A stretch of 59,835 nt of DNA from Candidatus Moraniibacteriota bacterium (GTDB taxonomy: Bacteria; Patescibacteriota; Minisyncoccia; Moranbacterales; UBA1568), in the NCBI GenBank assembly GCA_008012175.1, contig SSEF01000030.1, positions 1 to 59,835 of the forward strand. The letters are read 5' to 3'. Numbering within the stretch: position 1 is the stretch's first letter; each line of letters begins with the position of its first letter. Positions 1-9,375 of this stretch are shown here, in pieces. The notes beneath the pieces are model-generated. The model worked only from the letters and a program-made list of their open reading frames with translations, was not told the DNA's origin and did not search any database. A program made the translations under genes and the position numbers.

Positions 1-185
1 CATGCAAGCACGGCTGCCGCCTGGACCGAATGGACCTGCGCCTTGTATGAGGCTACCTTGGCCTTCACACGCGCTCCCGAAAGGGAGACGAGCACAATCG
101 AGGCGAGAATACCAATGATCGCGATGACGATGAGGAGTTCGATCAAGGTAAAGCCCTTGAGAGACTTTTTGAATGTTGTATTCAT
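1..185 (-). CDS. Type IV pilin/pseudopilin, 5' part only (gene runs off the left window edge)
   Basis: Minus-strand ATG at 183-185. Nt 1-185 are identical to nt 541-725 of the complete pilin gene, so it encodes the same [28 protein letters not shown] prepilin N-terminus. Confidence 0.75.
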   Translation of the reverse strand, partial: MNTTFKKSLKGFTLIELLIVIAIIGILASIVLVSLSGARVKAKVASYKAQVHSVQAAAVLA

Positions 186-214
186 ATTCTCACCTCCTTT
201 CTTGGTTTGTGTTT
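1..214. repeat. Copy A of a 214-nt perfect direct repeat (pilin 5' coding region plus 29 nt of upstream leader/RBS)
   Basis: Base-by-base comparison of lines 1-214 and 541-754 shows identity. Divergence begins at 215/755. The repeat may extend beyond the window edge. Confidence 0.95.
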
Positions 215-323
215 TACAGGTGAGTATGGACTCTTTCTTCAGTCCACGCTGACCATTGACTCCTCTCCTACTATAACACAATCGAGGAAAAATGAAGACT
301 TTTATCATCCTCCACAAGCTTGA

Positions 324-725
324 CTAGCAGTTCGCCGGGAAGGTCACACCGGTCTGAGTGATATCCGTCGAATCAGCTGTCTCACAGTTGGTATTGCCCG
401 TCGATGCCGCTTCCGTCTCGATGAGGAAGGTGCCAGCGCCCGTGATACCGCAGTTCTGCGACGTAACACCGAGAACGCCGATATAGCTCGTGCCTGTCGG
501 TTCGACAACGTTCGTGCCCGCTGTGAGCGTCGTATCATCGCATGCAAGCACGGCTGCCGCCTGGACCGAATGGACCTGCGCCTTGTATGAGGCTACCTTG
601 GCCTTCACACGCGCTCCCGAAAGGGAGACGAGCACAATCGAGGCGAGAATACCAATGATCGCGATGACGATGAGGAGTTCGATCAAGGTAAAGCCCTTGA
701 GAGACTTTTTGAATGTTGTATTCAT
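324..725 (-). CDS. Type IV pilin / pseudopilin with N-terminal methylation motif
   Basis: 133-aa ORF with [22 protein letters not shown], a class III signal peptide (G|FTLIE) followed by a hydrophobic helix. Lies downstream of pilC in the same operon. Confidence 0.9.
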   Translation of the reverse strand: MNTTFKKSLKGFTLIELLIVIAIIGILASIVLVSLSGARVKAKVASYKAQVHSVQAAAVLACDDTTLTAGTNVVEPTGTSYIGVLGVTSQNCGITGAGTFLIETEAASTGNTNCETADSTDITQTGVTFPANC

Positions 726-754
726 ATTCTCACCTCCTTTCTTGGTTTGTGTTT
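541..754. repeat. Copy B of the 214-nt perfect direct repeat
   Basis: Identical to nt 1-214. Confidence 0.95.
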
Positions 755-866
755 CTATTTACCTGCCTCTATTGTAACCTATGGCTGAAGCTCCCGGTAG
801 TCATAGCCTGTCAAGACTTCACAAGCATAAAAGCTTGCCCATCCCGGACCGATAACTCACACGCTA

Positions 867-2084
867 TCACAATTGTCCGGCGATATTGTAGATCGGCATG
901 AGGATACCGACAGTCAGGATGCCGACGCCGATACCGAGGAGCACGATAAGGAATGGCTCTATGAGCGTCGTCAGGTTGCGCGTCATCACGTCTACCTCCT
1001 GATCATAGAACCGGCCGACGCCGTCGAGCACATGGGCGATGGTCCCGGTTTCCTCGCCGATCTTCACCATCTGCGAGACGATGGGCGGGATTTCGCGTGG
1101 ATACTGCTGGAATATGCCGCTCATCGCTCCGCCCGTTTTCACTTCTTCCGCTGCCCGGAGCACGATCTGGGCATAGATAGAGTTCCCGATGACATCGCTC
1201 GTGACCATCAGTGCCCGGACGACCGGGATCCCGCCCCCCATGAGCGCGGCGAGATTTTCCGCAAACCGCGTAATGTAGACGTTTCTCGCCAATATCTTGA
1301 TGACCGGTATCTTCAGCACGATGATATCCCACTCCCTTCGGCCGCTCTCGGAATGGAAATAGTAGTAGATGCTAGCCGCCGCCCCGAGAAACGCGATTAG
1401 GACCGCCCACCAGTATTGGTTCATGAAATCGCCGAGGTTGATAAGGATGGAAGTGTACCATGGGATAGGGACATCCATGTCCTTTATGAGGATGGTGATT
1501 TTCGGCAAAATGAATGTGATGACCAGGAAACCGATCGATCCGGCCACCGCCAAGACGAAAGCTGGATAAAAGAGTGCGCCCCGGATTTTCGACGTGAGGT
1601 GATAGTTCTTCTCAATACTGTTGGCGACAAACTCTATCGACCGCTGAAGATTGCCGGATACCTCTCCGGCGCGGATCAGGTTGATCGTCATGATATCAAA
1701 GACGCGCGGATGCTTCTCGAGTGATTCGGAAAATGACATACCGTCCTCGATGTTATCCTTCATTTCGTGGAGCACCACCCGGAGATAGCGGTTTTCCGTC
1801 TGCTCACTGATTGTCCTCAACGAAGTCACTACCGGCACATGCGCCTCGATGAGCGTGGCCAGCTGGCGAAAAATGATCATCAGCTCCTTTTGCGAAACGC
1901 CTTCCCAGAGCTTCTGGATATCACGAAGGGTTCCTCCAACACCCCCGGGAGCATCAGACGCTACCTGGAGCGGGATGAGGCCGTTGCGTTGCAGGATCTC
2001 AATCGCCGCCTCGCGCGAGACCGCCTCGACGAGACCTTCCTTCAAGTCTCCCGCTTCCGTTTTCGCCTTGAAATTGAATTTCAT
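867..2084 (-). CDS. pilC: Type IV pilus assembly platform protein PilC (GspF family)
   Basis: 405 aa. N-terminus MKFNFKAKTEAGDLKEGLVEAVSREAAIEILQRNGLIPLQV is typical of PilC/GspF. Duplicated GspF-type domains with TM helices. Operon context. Confidence 0.9.
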   Translation of the reverse strand: MKFNFKAKTEAGDLKEGLVEAVSREAAIEILQRNGLIPLQVASDAPGGVGGTLRDIQKLWEGVSQKELMIIFRQLATLIEAHVPVVTSLRTISEQTENRYLRVVLHEMKDNIEDGMSFSESLEKHPRVFDIMTINLIRAGEVSGNLQRSIEFVANSIEKNYHLTSKIRGALFYPAFVLAVAGSIGFLVITFILPKITILIKDMDVPIPWYTSILINLGDFMNQYWWAVLIAFLGAAASIYYYFHSESGRREWDIIVLKIPVIKILARNVYITRFAENLAALMGGGIPVVRALMVTSDVIGNSIYAQIVLRAAEEVKTGGAMSGIFQQYPREIPPIVSQMVKIGEETGTIAHVLDGVGRFYDQEVDVMTRNLTTLIEPFLIVLLGIGVGILTVGILMPIYNIAGQL

Positions 2085-2141
2085 ATCTTGAGAAATCGAG
2101 ACTGATGGTCCTTTTGGTCCTTCGCCGCGCCCTTAGGCATT

Positions 2142-3224
2142 CTATTCGCCCTTTCCGACAAGCATCGTGAAATAATCCTTATTCATCGCGTAGCCGAGCG
2201 CATCATCGACCGTAACAACCCCGCGGCGCACCAGATCCGCAAGCGAACGGTCGAGCGAGATCATACCCTCCTTCAAGCTCGTTTCGATGACTGAGTCAAT
2301 TTGGTGAACCTTGTTCTCACGGATGAGGTTTTCAACAGCATGGTTCTTGAACATGATCTCAATCGCATGGACCCGGCCGCCTGCAATCTGCGGGAGGAGC
2401 CGCTGGGAGACGACCCCGAGTAGCACATTTGCCAGTTGCAAGCGGATCTGATTCTGCTGATGCGCAGGAAAAACATCGATGATACGGTCAATCGTCTGAG
2501 GAGCATCATTCGTATGGAGCGTAGCGAATATGAGATGCCCTGTCTCAGCCGCTGTCATCGCCGTCGATATAGTGTCGAGATCGCGGAGTTCGCCCAAGAG
2601 GACCACGTTCACGTCTTCACGCAGGACCGCCCGGAGCGCCGATGAGAAACTCTTGGCATCACGACCAACCTCCCGCTGATTGATAATGCAGCGATCCTGC
2701 TCATAAACGAATTCTATCGGGTCCTCGATAGTCACGATATGGCGCTCCTGCGTATGGTTTATATGGTCAATCAGCGCTGCGAGTGTCGTAGACTTCCCGT
2801 GACCGACAGGACCGGTCATGAGAACGAGCCCCTGGGTGACGTTGGTGAAATTGTAGAGTGCCGGCGGTACATTCAGGTCTTCGAGCGATCGTATCTTATT
2901 CATCACGAAACGCATTGCGATGGAGATGTAGCCCTTCTGATAGAAGACATTGACACGGAAACGCGCCCGATCCTCAAGGTTGTAGGAGAGATCGGTCTGT
3001 CCGTCTTCGGCGAGCTCAGCCTTTTTGTCATCCGTGAGGATGATATCAGTCAACGCCTTGGTATCGGCCGGCGTGAGAATCCTTTCCTTGGTCAACTGAT
3101 GGAGCTTGCCGTTGATCCGGAGGGTCGGGTACCGGCCGATAACAAAATGGATGTCCGATGCGCCCTGTTGGCCGACTAGGGTGAGGATATTTTTTAGCCA
3201 CGCTTCGATCTCGAGTTGTTCCAT
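2142..3224 (-). CDS. pilT: Twitching-motility retraction ATPase PilT
   Basis: 360 aa. Walker A GPVGHGKSTT, IVTIEDPIEF, GHLIFATLHTNDA. Size and motifs fit PilT. Confidence 0.9.
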   Translation of the reverse strand: MEQLEIEAWLKNILTLVGQQGASDIHFVIGRYPTLRINGKLHQLTKERILTPADTKALTDIILTDDKKAELAEDGQTDLSYNLEDRARFRVNVFYQKGYISIAMRFVMNKIRSLEDLNVPPALYNFTNVTQGLVLMTGPVGHGKSTTLAALIDHINHTQERHIVTIEDPIEFVYEQDRCIINQREVGRDAKSFSSALRAVLREDVNVVLLGELRDLDTISTAMTAAETGHLIFATLHTNDAPQTIDRIIDVFPAHQQNQIRLQLANVLLGVVSQRLLPQIAGGRVHAIEIMFKNHAVENLIRENKVHQIDSVIETSLKEGMISLDRSLADLVRRGVVTVDDALGYAMNKDYFTMLVGKGE

Positions 3225-3298
3225 GGTTTTGTTCCCGTTTTTGATATCATGATCAGTCTAACATCTTTTTCTCAATTTTCCCCATCGAATCCACGGCG

Positions 3299-4978
3299 TT
3301 ATTCCTCATCAACCAGAGATCCTTCCGTCACTCGTTCGACTTCGGCGATGGTCGTAATTCCTTTGAGCACTTTCAGGAGGCCGTCATCACGCATCATGAG
3401 CATTTGCTGCCGGACTGCCTCCTGCCGCAGCTCATTCTCATTCCCCTTCCTGTCAGTGATAATGACTTTAGCCTCGTTCGTGATTTCAAACACCTCGTAG
3501 ATAGCGATTCGGCCCTTGTATCCAGAATGACCGCAGTGCTCGCAGCCCTTTCCCTGATACACTTTCAGCGGTGACTTGGCATCGAGCCCATACGCCTCGA
3601 GTTCGGCAGCGGGCAAAGCAGCCCGGGCCGCTTCAAGCTCACGACGCATGCCAGGCGAGAGCTTCGTCTCACCTTTGCAGTCCTCACAGATCCGACGGAC
3701 CAGTCTCTGTGCCGCCAGCGCCTGAATCGATGAGGCAAGAAGGAAGGATTCGGCGCCCATATCAACGAGACGGGGCACTGCCTTGATCGCGTCATTCGTA
3801 TGAACGGTCGAGAGCACAAGATGGCCGGTCAAGGCGGCATGGATCGCGAGTTCAGCCGTTTCCTCATCCCGGATCTCGCCGACCATGATAACATTGGGGT
3901 CTTGACGGAGAATGGAGCGAAGTCCGTCCGCAAACGAATACCCGATCTCCGGACGGATTTGGCTCTGATTGACGCCCTCCATGAAGTATTCCACCGGATC
4001 TTCGAGCGTGATAATATTCCGCTCTTCTTGATTGAGGATCTGCAGAAAAGCATAGAGCGTCGTTGATTTTCCGGAACCGGTCGGCCCGGTTATGAGGATG
4101 ATGCCATATGGCTCACTGATCTTGCGCGTCAGCACCTCACGATTCCGGCCCCAGAGACCGAGCCGGTCGAGATCGGCCATGTTGTTGCTCTTATCGAGGA
4201 TACGCATGACGACTTTCTCGCCGTCGATCACTGGCAGTGTCGAAACGCGAAGGTCAATTGTCTTGGTTTCGGTTGCAATCCGGAATCGCCCATCTTGCGG
4301 CTTTCGCTTCTCATCGATTTTCAGATTGGAAAGGATCTTGATGCGCGACAGCACCGCCCGCCCAACATCATTAGGAAAGACCAGGGTCGAACGAAGCAGC
4401 CCGTCGACACGGAATCGAACGCGATAGCTGCCGTCCACCGGCTCGATATGGATATCGCTCGCTCGCCCCTCGACTGCATGCTTTACGATGACGTCAACGA
4501 GCTTGGCAATCGGAGCATCCTGAAACATTTCCGGCATCCCGCTCTCATGAGTGTTGGCCTCCTTTATCTGGACAGCTGATGCCTGATCCTGCTTCAGTGA
4601 AACTATCGCTTCTTCGAGCGCCCGATCCGTGCCCGTATAGGCCTTCAGGAGTTCTGCGAATACATCCGCGCTCACGAGCGATACTTCGATCCCGAGCCGT
4701 TCCTTCTCCGCGATGAAACGGAGCACGTTCAACGCGTCAAAATCCTCCGGATCGACCATCGCCACCGACAAAACATCGTCTTTTCGGTCGAACACCGCCA
4801 TCTGATACTTCTTGGCCGTATCCTCCGGGATGATTGAGAGTATCGTCTTATCGATATTTTTCGGCACCGCCTCAAGCAAAGGGATGCCGAGACCCTGGGC
4901 ACGCACCTGAGCGTCAGACCGGGGCAGGTCTCCCGCCCCTGTCGCCGTTACCGTTGTGGGAGAATTCGCTTTAGGCAT
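3299..4978 (-). CDS. pilB: Type IV pilus assembly ATPase PilB (GspE family)
   Basis: 559 aa. Walker A GPTGSGKSTT, ITLEDPVEY, GHLVLSTVHTNDA. Tetracysteine motif CEDC...CEHCGHSGYKGR. Confidence 0.92.
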   Translation of the reverse strand: MPKANSPTTVTATGAGDLPRSDAQVRAQGLGIPLLEAVPKNIDKTILSIIPEDTAKKYQMAVFDRKDDVLSVAMVDPEDFDALNVLRFIAEKERLGIEVSLVSADVFAELLKAYTGTDRALEEAIVSLKQDQASAVQIKEANTHESGMPEMFQDAPIAKLVDVIVKHAVEGRASDIHIEPVDGSYRVRFRVDGLLRSTLVFPNDVGRAVLSRIKILSNLKIDEKRKPQDGRFRIATETKTIDLRVSTLPVIDGEKVVMRILDKSNNMADLDRLGLWGRNREVLTRKISEPYGIILITGPTGSGKSTTLYAFLQILNQEERNIITLEDPVEYFMEGVNQSQIRPEIGYSFADGLRSILRQDPNVIMVGEIRDEETAELAIHAALTGHLVLSTVHTNDAIKAVPRLVDMGAESFLLASSIQALAAQRLVRRICEDCKGETKLSPGMRRELEAARAALPAAELEAYGLDAKSPLKVYQGKGCEHCGHSGYKGRIAIYEVFEITNEAKVIITDRKGNENELRQEAVRQQMLMMRDDGLLKVLKGITTIAEVERVTEGSLVDEE

Positions 4979-4986
4979 GCGATTCG

Positions 4987-5778
4987 CTATTCAAACGGAT
5001 TGGGCCGTCCGGCAGGATCACTCTCGAGGGGTGGCAATGGATGCGTGACGAAAGAGATCGCCCGTTCTGCCGGCTGCCAGTCGAAAGAAGCCGTTTGGAA
5101 CAATGGGGCATTTAGCGGGTCGCTGATGCGCTGGGCCACTACGTACGGGAATTTCGCCCTGAACGTACCAACTAGAAAGTTCTCCTGAATCCCTTCTGCC
5201 GCCTCTTCGTCAGCCTTGCTGGAATCCCGCTTCCGTTCAGCCAAGGCAAACTCTTCCGTTTCATGGATCCGATCAGACTGATAGAGGCGGCTGAAAAAAT
5301 CTTTAATATTTGGATAGGCTCCGAGGACCGAGGCCTTGGCGGTATAGCTCTGCGGCGCCAGCCGGGCCGCAGCTTCAGCATGCGCAAGCGCTTGCTCCGG
5401 TGTCATTCCGCTATTGAGCGCTTCATTGTAAGCATCGTCCGAAGATCGCGAGGCGGGATTAGCGACAATACTAATGTCAGTCACGATCACACCCGACTGC
5501 TGGGCAAGGAAATTGAGCATGTCGACAACCCTCTCCTCATCGAGCGCGCTCGGATAGAACCGATTCACAAATCCGACTGCTTCCGGTCGGCTCGAGAGCT
5601 CGCGGGCCAACGATTGGATATTTGCGATCACCGAATCGACTTTCGCCAGCATCTCCTGAGCGACAGCAATCTCGTTCCGCTTGGCGAGGATAGCGTCGAT
5701 ATTTGGCTTGATATACCCAATCGCGAGAATTACCTCGAGAATGATGAAGGTCGGGAGAATGAGGATTTTCAGGCTCAT
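4987..5778 (-). CDS. PilO-like pilus assembly membrane protein (hypothetical)
   Basis: 263 aa with one N-terminal TM helix then a coiled-coil-like region. Position after pilM-pilN, with a 4-nt overlap with pilN. Assignment is by context only. Confidence 0.5.
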   Translation of the reverse strand: MSLKILILPTFIILEVILAIGYIKPNIDAILAKRNEIAVAQEMLAKVDSVIANIQSLARELSSRPEAVGFVNRFYPSALDEERVVDMLNFLAQQSGVIVTDISIVANPASRSSDDAYNEALNSGMTPEQALAHAEAAARLAPQSYTAKASVLGAYPNIKDFFSRLYQSDRIHETEEFALAERKRDSSKADEEAAEGIQENFLVGTFRAKFPYVVAQRISDPLNAPLFQTASFDWQPAERAISFVTHPLPPLESDPAGRPNPFE

Positions 5779-6347
5779 AGCGAAGATTTGGTTGATGTGG
5801 ATACCGGCTGGTCCGATGGTGAGACCATGAGGAGATGGAGTTCGAACTCAATTTCCCCGGCATCGTTGTATCGCACCGTCTCTACATGGATCGATATGAC
5901 CTGAGGGATCTTCTTATAGGCCAGCATCTGCTGGGCGAGATACCTCAAACTCGCAGTCTTTCCACGGATGACGAGCTGATCTTCTGATTCGCGACGACTG
6001 TACTCCGTAAGGCGGATCGTCGGGAGCGTAGATTGCTCGAGGTCAGCGAATGCCTTTTCGGGACTGGGCTCGGCTTCAAGACGGCCAGTGATCGTTTCGA
6101 GTCGCGCCTGGATATCCGCTACCTGATCAGCCTCTCGGCTCTTCAGGCTCGCCCGCTTCTCCGCTGTTTCCGTCTCGATTGCTGCCAGCTTTGCCTCGAA
6201 GGTCCCTAGATACCATTCCGTCCCGCCGTACACGCCAGCGACCAGAAGGAAGACTCCCACATTTATGAAAAACGAGCGGTCGAAAAAATTCCCTCGGGCA
6301 AGTTCCTGCTTCTCTTTGATGGACTGCGAAAGATTGATACCGGCCAT
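5775..6347 (-). CDS. pilN: PilN-like fimbrial assembly protein
   Basis: 190 aa. Short cytoplasmic N-terminus (GINLSQSI), one TM helix (FFINVGVFLLVAGVYGG), then a coiled coil. Immediately downstream of pilM. Confidence 0.6.
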   Translation of the reverse strand: MAGINLSQSIKEKQELARGNFFDRSFFINVGVFLLVAGVYGGTEWYLGTFEAKLAAIETETAEKRASLKSREADQVADIQARLETITGRLEAEPSPEKAFADLEQSTLPTIRLTEYSRRESEDQLVIRGKTASLRYLAQQMLAYKKIPQVISIHVETVRYNDAGEIEFELHLLMVSPSDQPVSTSTKSSL

Positions 6348-6377
6348 GACGACGATGTGTTTTGCGTGTTGATGTTG

Positions 6378-7454
6378 CTATTTTTTCTTGATCGATCGGT
6401 TCGCTCCTTGCAGTGCGAGCCCGAGCGCGACAGCGAACGATGTCCCCATCCGATCGACAGCGCCTTCAAGTTCACGAGGATAATCGATCCTCTTCCATGG
6501 ATTGCCGACCGTCACCGGAAGATTGAAAAGTGTTGTGTAGTAGGCGGCAAGCCCGGTCAGCCCCGCTGTCCCACCAGAAAGAATTATACCATCAATCGGG
6601 CGATCCGGGTGTTTGGTCCGATGCATAGAAAGGATACGTTTGATTTCGGCACCGATCGCCTCAAGCGCCGGAAAGATGAGCTTCGCTCCCTGGGCATTCA
6701 GATAATCCTTGTCGCTCTTCTTGAGCGCCTCAGCCCGGTCTTCTGAGATATTCAAACCCTCTGTCAGCGTCCTCGTCACATCCCGCCCGCCAACATCGAG
6801 ATTGCGACTGACCTTGACGAGTCCGTTTTCTACGAGGACGAGATTCGTCGCACGCGCTCCAATATCCACCAAAAGAAACACTCCCTGGTCGCCATCAACA
6901 ACCGACCGAACGATCGAGAACGTCTCTAGTTCGAGGAGCTGCATATCATACTCGACTGACCGAATATAGCTCTCATAGCGCTCGACCTCCTTATTCAGGG
7001 CAGCTACCAGGAGCACTTCTACCCTGCTCCGACCAGAACTTCCAGCATCCGTGCTTGACACCGGCGTTTCGCCGACAATTTCCCAGGAAAGAGCCACTTC
7101 ATCCAGGGGCGAAGGAATGTACTTGTGTGCCTCAAACTGGATCGCCTCTTGCAATTCCTTCTCACTCATCTTGGGAAACTCGGCGAGCGCAACGAGGCCG
7201 ATGAACGCCGGCATCGCGACATAGACGCGCTTCGACTTTGGCTGCAGCCGATCGAGCAGTGCCCGGAGATGTGTCGTAATCCGCGCGTCATAGCTGCCCT
7301 GCGCATCATCCCCTCCCTTGTCGATCGCTGAAAGACTGATCTCGGCGTAATTGTTCAAAACGACCTTCCCCTCATCGACCCGAAGCTCTACCGCTTTGAT
7401 GGAGGAGGTACCGAAATCGATACCGAGAAATGTAGGCTTGTTGAATCCGAACAT
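6378..7454 (-). CDS. pilM: Type IV pilus assembly protein PilM (actin-like ATPase)
   Basis: FLGIDFGTSSIKAVEL phosphate-1 motif plus LLVDIGARATNL and ILSGGTAGL. I chose the internal ATG at 7454 (MFGFNKP...). The tracked ORF start at 7547 adds an implausible extension. Confidence 0.85.
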   Translation of the reverse strand: MFGFNKPTFLGIDFGTSSIKAVELRVDEGKVVLNNYAEISLSAIDKGGDDAQGSYDARITTHLRALLDRLQPKSKRVYVAMPAFIGLVALAEFPKMSEKELQEAIQFEAHKYIPSPLDEVALSWEIVGETPVSSTDAGSSGRSRVEVLLVAALNKEVERYESYIRSVEYDMQLLELETFSIVRSVVDGDQGVFLLVDIGARATNLVLVENGLVKVSRNLDVGGRDVTRTLTEGLNISEDRAEALKKSDKDYLNAQGAKLIFPALEAIGAEIKRILSMHRTKHPDRPIDGIILSGGTAGLTGLAAYYTTLFNLPVTVGNPWKRIDYPRELEGAVDRMGTSFAVALGLALQGANRSIKKK

Positions 7455-7592
7455 GTTTTTCTCTCTTTGTATTTCTGATGCCACTATACCATGGCAATCC
7501 GTTTTTCCGGAAGAATCCACTGCGATGCAGATGAAAAAATAACGCAAGATATTCCCATTCCCCCCTCCCCATGCTACACTAAGAAAAAAGTC

Positions 7593-8945
7593 ATGCCCGC
7601 GCTTCTTCTCCTCGCCCTCCTCTCAGCCAGCCTCCTCGCCCCTCTGCCGGCCGAAGCCGGCCTCATTCCCTGTGGGCTCACGGTAGACGATCCGGCCCTC
7701 GCCGGAGACCAGACAGTCCGCTGCACCCTCTGCCACCTCCTCGTCGGCATCCATCACATCGTTGTCTATCTCCGAAACATCATGGCCGCCGTGGCGATTG
7801 CCGCCATCGTGGCTATGGCTTTCGTCTACCTCACCTCGGGTGGGAATGAGAGTCAGATGACCTTTGCTAAAGGAGGTGTGATCGCGGCCTTGATTGGACT
7901 GTGCATCGTCCTCTTAGCCTGGGTCGTGGTCAACTTCATCTTGACCCTCCCGATCTTCAATACCAGCAACAATCTCATCCGGACCGGTTGGGATAGTGTC
8001 CAGTGTCAGACCAGTTCCCTCTCAGCTGGAGCAACCACACCCATGGCTACAGGGGGTGGAGGAGGGAGTGCTAGCGGTGGCGCTGGTGGGACGAGCGATG
8101 ACGTCGTGACGGTCCCACGTGGTGACACTGGGACTCCAGAAACATCTCTTCTCCCAGCTCCGACCGGTCTAGTTGCGAACGCACCTTCGACATCAACCGC
8201 CACCATATCTTGGACCCCCGCTGCGGGTAGTTCGTCTGGGACCGTCTATCATCTGGAACGTTGCACGGGGTTGACCTGTACCATCTTCACTCCGATCGCG
8301 ACTGTCACCGGGACGAGCTACACAAATACCGGACTCGCGGCTGGGACAGGCTATTCGTACCGGGTCCGGGCGGTCACTGCAAGCGGAGAGCTCTCCAATT
8401 GGTCAAACGTGACAAGAACGACGACGGTGGCTGATCCGATCAGTAATCCTGGGACGCCACCGGACAACCCGGGCACTCCCAGCACTCCTGGGACGCCACC
8501 GGACAACCCGGGCACTCCCAGCACTCCTGGGACACCGCCAAACGGCACCTGTGTCGGCCCCGGCACTCCCCAGTATCTCTTGGGGAAGTCTTGGGTGAGC
8601 AATCGCATCAATCCGGATGGTACGCCGATTCGCACCGAGGTGAGCTTCGTCGTCAGCGCGGCCAATAACAATCTCAGTATGAACCTGACTATCATCTGTC
8701 AGATGAGTGCTCTCGGCCATGGCAATGACCTCTCACCGGGCGTGACGGCTCTCATCCAGAATGCCACGGCCTCAACCTTTGATATCGTCCCCAACTATGA
8801 ACAGACTCTGACCAATAATCGCGGGTATACCTGCACGGTACGAACGGTCACGGAAACCGCCACCTACACACCCCTGTCTGACACCACGATGCGACTGTTC
8901 GGCCTGGATTTCACCGGGACATGCATGGGGAGCAGTGCCCCGTAA
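7593..8945 (+). CDS. Secreted/membrane protein: T4SS-pilin-like N-terminal module + FN3 domain + Pro-rich repeat + C-terminal domain
   Basis: Start chosen at ATG 7593 (MPALLLLALLSASLLAPLPAEA signal peptide). GLIPCG...CTLCHL followed by two TM helices resembles the CPR T4SS_pilin/TrbC-like family as I recall it. APTGLVA...ISWTPAAG...YSYRVRAV is FN3-like. PGTPPDNPGTPST occurs twice. Confidence 0.7.
   Translation: MPALLLLALLSASLLAPLPAEAGLIPCGLTVDDPALAGDQTVRCTLCHLLVGIHHIVVYLRNIMAAVAIAAIVAMAFVYLTSGGNESQMTFAKGGVIAALIGLCIVLLAWVVVNFILTLPIFNTSNNLIRTGWDSVQCQTSSLSAGATTPMATGGGGGSASGGAGGTSDDVVTVPRGDTGTPETSLLPAPTGLVANAPSTSTATISWTPAAGSSSGTVYHLERCTGLTCTIFTPIATVTGTSYTNTGLAAGTGYSYRVRAVTASGELSNWSNVTRTTTVADPISNPGTPPDNPGTPSTPGTPPDNPGTPSTPGTPPNGTCVGPGTPQYLLGKSWVSNRINPDGTPIRTEVSFVVSAANNNLSMNLTIICQMSALGHGNDLSPGVTALIQNATASTFDIVPNYEQTLTNNRGYTCTVRTVTETATYTPLSDTTMRLFGLDFTGTCMGSSAP
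8448..8539 (+). repeat. Perfect 2 x 39-nt in-frame tandem repeat plus a degenerate partial third unit
   Basis: cctgggacgccaccggacaacccgggcactcccagcact at 8448-8486 and 8487-8525, with a partial copy from 8526. Encodes the PGTPPDNPGTPST linker. Confidence 0.95.
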
Positions 8946-9001
8946 CCAGCACCAACGACCGGAACGACAATACGGTTGATCACCCCACAACCAAACAACT
9001 C

Positions 9002-9361
9002 ATGCAATATCAGTCACCCATCTATATGAACTGGAGCATGACTGGTGCCCCGGCTAACTCACAAGTTATTTTTGAAAACACTCTTGTCAATCAATATGCC
9101 AATGTTTTCGATGCCACCTACGAGAGCAACCGGTTGATACCGATTTCACCTGGAGACAGTAGTGGTTCACTTCAGTGGCAGGTTGGTCCGACCTACTGGA
9201 CTGTCCCGGGAATATTCGAAGTAACCGCCTACGTTCGGCAATGCAATTCGGGCGGATGCAACCTCGGGAATGCCTTTAGCACCACAGGCCAAAGTATAAA
9301 CCACGCTCAATCAGCATCCGTAGCTACATATTGCATTGACAGTCCCCTCCCAACACCGTAG
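9002..9361 (+). CDS. Hypothetical protein (start uncertain; possibly a detached C-terminal part of the upstream gene)
   Basis: Tracked ORF 8921-9361. The first non-overlapping ATG is at 9002 (MQYQSPIYMNWSM...). No recognisable motif. Confidence 0.4.
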   Translation: MQYQSPIYMNWSMTGAPANSQVIFENTLVNQYANVFDATYESNRLIPISPGDSSGSLQWQVGPTYWTVPGIFEVTAYVRQCNSGGCNLGNAFSTTGQSINHAQSASVATYCIDSPLPTP

Positions 9362-9375
9362 AATATGCCTACTCT

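Noticed and set aside
7455-7592. N-terminal extensions of tracked ORFs: pilM to 7547, the 7491 start of the surface protein. The same applies to 35849-36004, 36025-36066, 55890-55952, 56522-56590 and 57409-57525.
   Set aside because: The extensions precede obvious canonical N-termini (MFGFNKP..., a signal peptide MPALLLL..., MSTRLYVGG, MSRIGKKP, MAKTS, MKIKKGDQ) and overlap neighbouring genes or promoters. Internal ATGs were used instead.
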